Shown here in pieces: positions 53,132 to 64,000 of a stretch of 64,000 nt of DNA. Source of the DNA: Eledone cirrhosa (lineage: Eukaryota); contig OZ024741.1 of NCBI GenBank assembly GCA_964016885.1, forward strand, positions 390,848,001-390,912,000. The letters run 5' to 3'. The notes beneath the pieces were generated by a model. That model worked only from the letters and a program-made list of their open reading frames with translations. It was not told the origin of the DNA and made no database searches. The translations under genes were made by a program, and so were the position numbers. Every line of letters starts with the position of its first letter. The first letter of the stretch is position 1.

Positions 53132-54123
53132 TCGAGCTTAATGAGTTTATGTCATTTGAAATAGAAACAGAAAGTCATTAATATAATGGTACATCTTTTT
53201 CTTTTTTCTAGGGTTGCTGAATCTAGAGCAATGTGGTAATCATATATAGTGATATCCAGAATTTGATAATATTTTGTTATCCTCTCTATTTTTTTCTCTT
53301 TTCCCTAAATTAGACATAACATAGACATTACCATATATACTCAAATATCAACTGATCTAAATATAATCTAAACTCTTATTTTATGCCTGAGAAATGGGCA
53401 AAAATCGAAAACCCATTTATAAGCTGAGGTAGCTAATCAGCACATTATGTTTAGATGGTGTGGTTTTGAAATACTCATGAGTATTAAATATATTTATGAA
53501 GTTTTAATATTTTGATGTTTAAAATGTTTTAAGTGTCGTTTAAAATATAGTTTTTGTTTCACAACTCCATTATGTAATGTATTTTTACCATTTCATTCGT
53601 TTTATAGTTTCAACAAGTTTCTCAAACTTTTATTTACTTCTGGCCACTCACATACTCGGAGTAGTTGAAAGTAAACAATCGAATAAGAGAACTTTGTATA
53701 GGAATTCATTGAGTAGAAGTGGGAGAGAAAGACAGAAAGTAAGAGAGAGAGGAGAGATAGAGCAAGAAAAAGAGAGGGAGAGAGAGAGAGAGAGAGCAAT
53801 AAAATCAAATCAGATTTCTATCTTACGTTTTTAAGCATTATAGGGGTGCAGATGAAAGCATGTTCATTTTAGTAGACTTGCTATCAAAGAAAATTATTTT
53901 TTCATAACAAAGCAATTTATTTGTCTCTATTTTCCTCTAATAATATATAACAGAGTTGCCAGTCCATTCAAGGATGCCATCAGTGTTGTTTCAAGATTTG
54001 TTAATCTTTCATCAGTGACACACATTCAATCCACACTGGCATGGAAATAGACTAAAGTCTATATAAAATTTTGCAGGTTGTTGTTTTAAATGTCCACTTT
54101 CCCTGCTAGCAAGAGTTGGACGA

Positions 54124-55285
54124 ATATATATATATATATATAAAACAGAGGATGTCTGTCTGTCTGTGTGAATCCCTAAAACTCGAGAAGTACCCAACCG
54201 ACTTTTTTCAAACTTTACACATACGTTACTTATATTTCTGGAAGTGCAATGGGCTAAACAAATGTTAACTTTTTCTGCCCTAAAGTCCGCATTAGGCGAA
54301 AAACCGCATTTTTTAGGCATTTTTAATCTTTTTTGAGGCGTTACTTAAAGATAATCCAACCGATTTCCTCGAAATTTGCAGCACACATTAGTTAGTCCCC
54401 TCACATTGCTGTGGACAAAAAGGTTTCGGATTCCATTAACGGTTTCTAGGAAATTTATGAATTAGCATTGGGCATTATATGCCTTTTTCATTTTCAATAT
54501 AAACGCTACTTAAACATCGTAAGTAACGTATAATATTTTGTTAAAAAATTATTTAACAGAGGACACAACATTTACTTACTTTTAAGCAGGACCATTTTCG
54601 TGAGGTTGAGGAAATGAGGAGGACCTTAAAATATTTGTCGGCACCCTGTTGACGCTTCGTACTTTCATCACGCACAAATCCGGGCTCTGTGTACGTTGCC
54701 GTGTTATTGACACCGTAAAACCCACGTCTGTACTACTTCTATTAAGATCCCTTTTGTTGCACCTACACTGCAGTATGATCGCCCTGCGCAAGTACGCTGA
54801 ACAGCGGTTGTGCTAATTCCGCAGTGACCCCTTTTGTCGCACCTTTGTTGCTGTGTAAATGCAGTGCAACCAGTGCCGCCCAGTGTTTGTGCTAATTGCA
54901 CTATGACTCCCTTCTGCTGCAGCTGCGTTGCCACGCTGATTTCGTCATCTCAATATCCCTACTTGGTTTTCACACAATTGACTACGTCACTCCGTCAGAC
55001 TGACGTGTGTTCCCCATCTGTGACGAAATTCGTGAACAGACTTACGACATACATCGCCCCACAACACTTACTTACTTCTTCCGCATACAGGATTTCCGCA
55101 ATCAGCCCACTGACATCGCTACTACTGGATTCTGCCTGCTGGTGTTCTACGTTTCCAGTAGATGAACAATCATTCCCCGAGAATAAGGGAATTCAAAAAG
55201 TACACAGCTACATTCCTCAATCTTTGCATATGCGTGTTGCTATTTCATGTTTCCTACCCCGTGCAACGCCGGGTCCTGCTGCTAG
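54124..55285 (+). mobile_element. Helitron-like element with a GC-richer internal cargo
   Basis: (TA)nAAAACAGAGGATGTCTG start shared with 40957; cccgtgcaacgccggg...CTAG end. Confidence 0.7.
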
Positions 55286-55665
55286 TCCACTTATAGAAAC
55301 CTCAATATGGGGAGCTCATAGTAGTAATGTAACGGGTATGTCCAGACCATATATAGGAAATGCATGTAGAATATATAAAATATATATCAGATATTTAAAG
55401 AAAAGTATATAAATATACACATTGGGTTGTACATGGAAAAATGCATGAGGTGTTACATAATGAAATGCCTGGAGAGTATGCACACACTACTGAAAAGATA
55501 CACATGCAAGGAGTGCATGAACAGGCTATAATGGAGTATGTCACTGTGGGTGAGATAGATTGCCTTATTGATGTATGGGACTGAATATCCATGGAAGTTG
55601 AACCACCATGTCCCGGCTCCTGCGATGTCGTTGCTTAAGATGACGTGCAGAGTCCGATAGGCAGC

Positions 55666-56423
55666 ATATATATATATATAAAACAGAGGATGTCTGTCTG
55701 TGTGTCTGTTTCCCTAAAACTCGAGAAGTACCCTACCGTTTTTTTTCAAACTTTACACATGTAACCCGTATGGCCCCGGAAGTGTTTTGAGCAAAAAAGA
55801 TTTCAAATTATTCTGACCTAAGGACCGTATTAGGCGATTAACGATCTCTTTCTCTTTCTCTTAGTCTTTCTCTTTTTAGATAGATACATAGATATGACGT
55901 CGCGCCTTCATAATATCTGTCTGTATGCCTGGCTGTCTGCATTACGACATTATGACGCGATCAGTGTGTGTGTGTATATATATATATAGTGTGTGTGTGT
56001 GTGTCTATATACATTCTTATGCCAGGGAGCGTCTTCACGAATCAAAGTACGTCTTCCTGTTTTCCTTCGGTTGCAACGTTTTTCGAAATATTTACATCTG
56101 CGTTCACAGATTGATTTTTTTAGTTTCAGAAGATCCCGTTAAGGTTGAAAGCAGCGATTCTTTGCTTAAACATTAATATATTATTTTAATATAGATATTC
56201 GTGTACAGATATTTTTGCATACACAAAAGCAAAATATAAACAAACAAGGCTGGCGATTACATCAGTTAGTCTTAGTGCACTTCATACTGCTTTTAGGTAG
56301 AAGATTCCGTTAAGGGTGAAAGCAGCGATTCATTTTCTGCGTTCACAGATTGATTTTTTTTAGTTTCAGAAGATCCCGTTAAGTGTGAAAGCAGTGATTC
56401 TTTGCTTAAACTTCAATCTGTTA

Positions 56424-56461
<38 letters not shown>

Positions 56462-56607
56462 TATATTCGTGTACAGATATTTTTGCATACACAATAACAA
56501 AATATAAACAAACGTATTTATTTCACGAGGCTTGATAAGGATAAATATATATCAAATATATAAGAACCCTAGAGCAAATCCCGAGCAACGCCGGGCCATT
56601 CTGCTAG
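55666..56607 (+). mobile_element. Helitron-like element containing copies of the 39201-type repeat
   Basis: Same 5' motif; cccgagcaacgccggg...CTAG end. 56020-56430 matches the reverse complement of 39203-39375. Confidence 0.65.
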
Positions 56608-56616
56608 TATATATAT

Positions 56617-56730
56617 ATAATTGTTTCTACTATTGGCACAAGGCCAGCAATTACCTGGTACTTTATTTTATCGACCCCGTAATGATGAAAGGTAAAGTTA
56701 ACCTCGGCGGGATTTGAACTCAGAATGTAG
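56617..56730 (-). mobile_element. SINE fragment
   Basis: Matches 37817-37935. Confidence 0.7.
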
Positions 56731-57675
56731 TTTTTTATAATGCCAACCCATATAAATCTAGAGGTAGACACAGTGAGGCAGCATCATGTATGAGTCCACA
56801 GCAGGCAATCAACAGACTACTGGAAATATTCATTTTCTGTAGATATGTATATTAAATTTGTGCAATTAATCAATAGCTCAGAAACAAGCATTTTTTCTTC
56901 TTCTTGCAGATAACCGTTAATCTGTTAATTACAGGATGAAAATCAGCACATAAATTCATTTACATTCTTTTGTAGAAAAAAAGAAGAAAAAAGACAAACA
57001 CACACACAAAAAAAACAACAAAAAAAACCCCACCAAACAAGTTATAATTAATTACAAAATGACACTGTCCTTAAGTGTTGATGGAGTTTCTATATTTAGA
57101 AATAAATATTTAAGGGTGTTTTAATGTAGTAACAAAGTTGTTAGAGGAGATAATGTAATTGTTATAACGCCACGAGTAATCAGTTTGGTAGAAAGATGTG
57201 TTAGTCATATCGACAAACGAGTAACTTGATAACAACGTCAACAAGAAGAATGTTCGTGAGATGAAAAGTATGTTTATTTGTTGTGGCACAAAGTAATGTT
57301 TTGTTAAATGATATGATTGTAGTTCAACCTAAAAAAGGTTACAAAAGGAATGTGCCATTGTGCTAGGCCCGAGGCAGGCCAAAGTGCAAAATCTCACCGT
57401 TACGTGTTGTTCCTTCGAAGTTCAGGATGCGAGAGGCTGATTCTTCAAATCCTCGCAGGGAATTTCTCCCTCAGGGCGCATAGGGATACATTCTCTTCTA
57501 CTGGCGCTGATTGGCTGAGCTGAGCTAAATCACGCACAGAGAATGTACGTGAGCCCGCAGAATGTAGGTCACTACAATCTTGTATCCCATGCCGTCAGGA
57601 TCGGTACAATTTCTTTTAGTAATGAAATTATGACTGTAGCATTAAATGATTTCCGTTATTGCTTTTCTTTTTCTT

Positions 57676-58251
57676 CACCGTCGCTGCGGTTCCACCGTGG
57701 ACTCTTTCAGCCTCCATCCGCTTTCCTGTCGCCACAGTGCCGGCCGCATTCCACGCCATGCTGCCCTTAACGAGGTCATTAAGCATGGCTTGGACGCTGC
57801 ACGCTTCCCTTCCCAGCTCGAGCCGGTGGGGCTGGATCGAGGGGGCGGCAAAAGGCCAGATGACATGACCATCTTCCCGTTCCGCGGTGGCAAACCCCTC
57901 GTCTGGGATGCCACTTGCACCAACACTTTCTGCAGCCGCAACCTGGTGCAGTCTGCGACTGACCCAGGTTCTGCTGCACGTCGGGCTGAGGGGGCCAAAC
58001 TCCTCAAATACCGGTCGCTCTCCGACAGGTTTGCGTTCGTACCCCTGGCAGTGGAGACTTCTGGTGTCCTCGGCCCCAGAGCTACCTCCTTACTCACCAC
58101 CATAGGCGCTGAGCTGGCCAGCCGCAGGTGTGAGCCCCGAGAGTTGGAGTGGCTTTTCCAACGCGTCTCCCTTGCCGTCTTCCGGGGAAACTCCTTCTCC
58201 ATTCTGTCCGCTGGGGCTGTGGATGGGCCCCATCGCGTACCAATACATTAG
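57676..58251 (+). mobile_element. CRE-like non-LTR retrotransposon 3' fragment (zinc knuckle + restriction-like endonuclease)
   Basis: RCGSTVD..LHPLSC, RHAALN, LEP, KRPD, LVWDAT, KY, FVPLAVETSG, FQRVSLAVFRGN. GC-rich island. Confidence 0.8.
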
Positions 58252-58529
58252 TTAAATACCATTCTTTCATCTGATACAACACATAACAGATAATACGCAG
58301 TTTCACACAAATGATAGAACGTCAAATCTAAGCTAGGATACAAATGTTCGATCACAAAATCATACATCAATACCGTAACCACTCACACAACCGCACTTCG
58401 CTGTACCAGAGTTTACCTTGATTTGTTATACAAACAGATAAACCAGACTGTTTATTTTAAAGTATTTCAATTAATGTATTTCCAAGAAGAATCACTGGGT
58501 GTGTGTATGTGCGCGTGCGCGTGCGTATG

Positions 58530-58663
<134 letters not shown>

Positions 58664-59399
58664 GGACTCATGTCGGTTCAGACGACAAGTGTTATAGTTG
58701 TTCGAACAATGGAACAGACTGCTCGTGAAATTAACGTGGAAGTGGCAGATCATTCAGCAGACAAAGGCTGGCCATTTGAATTACAGGTACAACTTATTTT
58801 CCCCAGCTGTGTGGACTGTTGTAATGTGAAATAAAGCATCTTGCTTCAGGACACAACGTGCCGCCTGAAATCGGATTCACGACTTTATGATCGCAAGCCG
58901 AACACCCTAAGCACTAAGCCATGCTTATGAGCACGAATCAACATACACAGGAAAGCAATTACCTAGTTACAGGTTTGTTTGTTTTTCAATTCTTCAGCTC
59001 ATACTGATCATAATCATTGAGGTAGAACACTTTACACCAGCTCCGGTTAGTTTTCCTTATTTGTTTACATTTCAAACGCCTCTAACTTTTTGCTCAGTTT
59101 TAAACTTGACAAAAGTTTAGAAAAACTGACTTGCTTGGCAGAGGTGGGTCAGTCATATTCACTTGACATCCCTTGAAGAGGTGTCAGCTTTTTAAAATCT
59201 TGCAAAAACTTTTTTCTTTCATTGATATTTCTATGATGGGTGCTACTGAAAAGAAACAGCTTAGCGAAACATGTAATAGAGAGAGGGAGATGCTGTCAAT
59301 ATTTTACTCGGACAAGAAAGATGACAGCGTCTGTATAATGGAGACGAATTTAGAGGTGAAAAACAATATCATTTTGAACAATATCATATTGTTTTAAGG

Positions 59400-62300
59400 A
59401 CGAGAAATATGAACAGTTCAAACAAATCAGCAACAACAACAACAGGACCATCGAAAAACAAACAAACAGGAATGAGGATAGCTACAGCAAAAACAACTAT
59501 AAAAAAGAGATCAATAACTGTAACAACAACAATAACAGCATCAACAATTACAGCAACAACAACAACAATTACAGTATCAACAATATCAGCGAAAATTACA
59601 ACAATTACAGCAACAACAACAATTGCAGAATCAACAACAATAAAAACGAACCAACGAACAAACCAGTTATTAGTACTACCAAAGCTTCTTTTGCTAGTGC
59701 CATGAAGTTATCTTTCAGGAAAATAAGCTTTCTAAAGATGAAATAAAAGAAGCCAAGAACCTTGTAGAAAAGTCTGGTCATATTGTCAGCCTCAACAACC
59801 CCCTCGAAACAATTCAAAACGATACGTTGCACAGTGGCATATCGTGTTATTGGGTTGAAAACAAGGACAGTAGAGAGAGCCACAGAAGTTCAAATTCAAA
59901 GTGCTTTAGGTTCTGTGTGGAACCTAAAAACCTATATACTAAGAGACAGGGCTTCTGGCACGATTGAGGTGAGATTTGCTACAGAGGAAAAAGCCCCTAC
60001 AGAATGATGAGATCCTGCTCGTTCCATTCTACTGCGGAATGAGATTAGTAAGAAGCAAGGTTTCGCAAATACCACTGGAAACAGCCATTCCTTGGCTAAT
60101 AGCTGCAGTCACGGTAGACATTGAGGAAAATTCGAAAGTCCTCGATGTCTACCAGATTAACAAAAATAACTTGTTGGGAATGGCTACTACCAAAACCCAG
60201 ACAACATCACCAAGAAAAGCAACAGCAACATCAACATTAGTACCAGCAACAAAATAAAATAAAAAAACAACACCACCACCAAGACCAGCATTGGCAGAAC
60301 CAACACCATCAGCAACAATAACATCAACGCCCATCGAGTACATGTCACTTCCCAACCCCACACAGTTAGACTTAAATTCTGACGAGGCCGAGGAAGGGCA
60401 AACAGTCTTCCCTCAAAAGAAAAAAATTCCCAGTCTCCCCACCATCACAAGTAAAACCCACTATCATGGATGACCCGATACGGTTTGTCCATGTCCACAT
60501 TGGCACATTCGGAAAATCCAGTCGGTATCTGTCAGACAGTTGGAAGTGTCTGAGCAGATTTGCGAGGCTTTTACATCCTCCTCCCCTATCAGTGAGTCCC
60601 ACACAATCAACTCATACACTAACAACATCCAAAGAAAAACCTAACCCACATCCGCAACAACAAAAAGATACAAACATCACGCACAACACAGCAATTGACT
60701 CAAACAATACAAAACTTTTAAATTACTTAGAACACAATACCACAATCACACAAAACGATTTTACAAAACTAGAAAAAATAACATTACCCACAAACATACA
60801 AATAATAAAAATAACTCAGAAAACATTCACACATTTAAAAACAAAATTCCCAGATTCAATTGGAGACTTTAAGGGAACAATCTCCAACCGAATCTACACA
60901 GACATTTCGGCTTTTGAGCCAAGAAAAAAGAACCTCCGAAGGATGGAACTACTGTCCTTCCTCCCCCAAATTTAAGGTAAGCAGCCGTTCCCACTTTCTC
61001 CTCCTCTAAATCAATCATGGCCTCACTCAAAATAGGCAGTCTGAATGTACGGGGCTTGGGCTCATCCTGGAAATAGGGGCACCTGCTCAATGACTTCAGG
61101 TCACTGGACATAGATGTGGTGGCCATTAGCGAGACCATTTTCGGTGGCTACGACGTATACACATCTCCAGGCGGTCCAGAATCTGGAGGCGGAGTTGCGC
61201 TGTTGTTCCGGAGAGGCCTGGATCTCACAATATGGACCATCTTCCTGGACTCGGAGGGTAAATTGGTGGTACTGGACGTGATCAGTGGAAAAGGGCACGC
61301 CTTCAGGTTAATGGTTGTCTATGCTCCAACAGGAGCAGGACGAACTGATTTTTTCCGACATCTGGAAATCTTTCTGGGAACTTCTTGCTCTTTGGTCTTA
61401 GTGGGCGACTGGAACGGTATCTTAGATGCACACTGGGATTGTGTGGGACACACTGATAGGGGAGGAGGATGTAAAAGCCTCGCAAATCTGCTCAGACACT
61501 TCCAACTGTCTGACAGATACCGACTGGATTTTCCGAATGTGCCAATGTGGACATGGACAAACCGCATCGGGTCATCCAGATCGTATCTAGATAAAGTATT
61601 TTGTAAGGAAATAGGTAATTCTAGCATAGGTTGTCCACAATTCAAAATAGTCGACTACATTGACCACAAATTCATGACCTGTGTGGTTGACTTAGATAGG
61701 CTTCATAGACAGGGGCCCGGTTACTGGAAGCTAAACGCGTCGTTGACAACGCGCAAAGCCTACAGAGACCGGATTAGCGAACTAGTTAAGAGGACGATGA
61801 CGGGGGCAATCATCAACAACAAATGGTGGTTCGCCCTGAAAAGGGCGATTAGAATGGAGTCCATTAGGTTTAGTAAGGCGTTAGCAATAGAGAAAAATAG
61901 AGCAGAGGGAAAACTAGTTAAGAAATTAGACGAGGCGCTTAGTAAAGGTATCGCGACCGACGTGCTTGCGGCGAAATTGACACTCGACCAATTCTTCAAC
62001 GCAAAGCACGAAGGCTGCGTTGTCAGAGCTAGGGCGCGTGCTCTCAGAAACGAGGGGACAAAAGCTGTTCGATGGGCCCGAGTGGAGGAGGCGCGTCGTG
62101 GTAACAAAGCTACGATCCGGTCTTTGGATGACCACGACGGTTACTCGAACCCGAACAAATGTGTGCGGCTTTTCAGCGACACTTTGTTAAGCTGTTCGGG
62201 GGCAGCGGTGGGTCGGATCGCAGGATGGATTTTAGCACCTACCTTGACGGACTGCCGCGGATCTCGGCCACTCAGGCGGAGCGTTGCGAAAGGCCCATAA

Positions 62301-63224
62301 CAGCCGCTGAAATACGGGAAGCAATGACTGACTGTACGATGAGTAAATCGCCTTCTTTGGATGGTCTACCCTATGAGCTTTACGTACGCATGCCAGACTG
62401 GTTCGGTGACCTTTTGGCGGACGTCTGCTGCAATTGGCAGCAGAACCGGAAAATTCCAGCTCTGTGAGCCGAGGAGCGGCAGCGCTGCTGAGAAAGGACC
62501 CTAACAAGGGGGACAAGATAGATAATTTCAGTTCCATAACTCTGCTAAAGGCAGAGTTCAAGATTTTGGCTAAGGTACTAGCAAAAATGTTGGCGTTTGT
62601 CGTCAGTGGTCTGGTGGCAGAGCCGCAGACCTGCGCCATTCCAGACAAATCCATCCACGACAACCTCCACCTATTGTGATACATCGTAGAGAGGGCAGCT
62701 AACGGACCTGGCACGGGAGTGGCCTTGATCAATTTAGATCAGTCGAAAGCTTTCGATAGGGTCGACCATCGTTATCTGGCGGCGGTCCTGAGGGTGGCCG
62801 GCTTTGGGTCCATCTTCAGAGGCTGGATCGGTGCCATGCACAGCGACATTTGCTCTGTGGTGAGAGTGAACGGTCACCTTTCGGAAACGTTCAACATCAT
62901 GCACTCGGTCCGCCAAGAATGTCCCCTCTCGTCCCTTTTGTACGTATTTACTCTCCCGCCATTACTGCACAAAAAGAAGATGTTGAATGGCGTCCCGCGC
63001 GAACTAGGATGCGAGAGAACCGTGTCAGCATATGCCCACGACGTCACCGTAGTGGTGTCGAATGCCAAACACATCGAGACGATCGGCACTACACTAAGAG
63101 AATAGGAGGCGGTGATAAGAGCAAAGATAAACCAAGAAAAGTCGGTAGGCCTTGGCTCGGCATCTGGAGAGGCAGGACCATGCCTTCCAACAGCGTCATT
63201 GGGCACTGGACGGACGGACCGACA
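59400..63224 (+). mobile_element. Decayed Tx1/L1-clade LINE (ORF1 relic ~59400-60975; ORF2 from ATG 61017)
   Basis: IGSLNVRGL, VAISET, GGGVALL, VYAP, VGDWN, SYLDK, IDHK, GPGYWKLN, KSPSLDG, KILAKVLA, DQSKAFDRV, SVRQECPLS, AYAHD; stops and frameshifts. Confidence 0.85.
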
Positions 63225-64000
63225 AAAACTGGGACAACAACTGGAACGGAGTGGAATGCAAGGAATAGGATCGATGCCTTAAACACGCTTGCCATACCAG
63301 TAATAACTTAGTTTCAATGTCATCAACTGGTCAAGCACAGAGATCCGTAGGCTGGATACGAAAATTAGAAAATTCTTAACCATGAACAGAATGCATCACC
63401 CTAAGGCAGATACAGATAGAATATATCTCCCTAGGAAAGAAGGAGGATGTGGATTAATCCAGTTAGATATTTCTTTGAAAACTGCAACAAGTGGATTATC
63501 TACATATCTAAGGGAAGCACATGATTGGATGATGAAGCTTGTTTTGAAACATGAAAGCATCAAAAGATCATACTCCATTACAAAAGATGCACAAAGATAC
63601 AGTAATGAACTACAAATTTCAGACGTTCCCTTTACTGCTGAAATGAAAAACACAGAAAAAGCAAAGCAGCTAAAAGTAACTACAAAGAAAGAACTGCTAC
63701 AGAAACTGGCTAAGAAATGGCAAGAAAAGCCTCTGTATGGAAATACCCAGAAAGAGCTAACAATCCTGATGTTGACAAAACTTTAACCCATCAGTGGTTG
63801 GCAGCCTCTGGACTGAAATCGGAGACTGAAGGACTGATTATATCAGCACAAGATCAGTGTCTGCCAACAAAAAATTACCAAGCCAACATAATAAAAAAAT
63901 GGATGCAACCCATTATGCCGTGTATGAAAAAAACAACCAGAGACCATTGATCATATAATTTCAATGTGCAGTCCTATAGCTCCAACCGAATACCTAAACA
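63225..64000 (+). mobile_element. R4/Dong-like (RLE) retrotransposon fragment, running off the window
   Basis: NARNRIDALNTLAIPVIT, LDTKIRKFLT, HHPKADTDRIYLPRKEGGCGL, KPLYG, SETEGLIISAQDQ, ETIDHI. Confidence 0.85.

Overview
AT-rich, microsatellite-dense animal genomic DNA with no convincing host protein-coding gene. The SINE and repeat style suggests a cephalopod such as Octopus, but that is an inference. Nearly all of the window is transposon-derived. It holds one intact 1039-aa RTE-clade LINE ORF (APE endonuclease + RT) with a C4HC3 PHD-type finger inserted inside the RT and a ~0.5 kb tandem array upstream, plus several decayed or 5'-truncated copies of that family. Other elements are a second RTE family with C2H2 fingers, a Tx1/L1-like LINE, R4/Dong-like and CRE-like fragments, mariner and piggyBac relics, tRNA-derived SINEs and six non-autonomous Helitron-like elements. 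The most striking hidden layer is about 15 type-I hammerhead ribozyme motifs found by eye: about 9 with intact cores and about 6 degenerate. Most lie at the ends of Penelope-like (GIY-YIG / YRDD-RT) remnants, often in inverted or tandem pseudo-LTR arrangements next to (TA)n tracts, and one pair has a retrozyme-like tandem layout. All calls come from manual motif reading and translation. No searches or folding programs were run, and boundaries are approximate.
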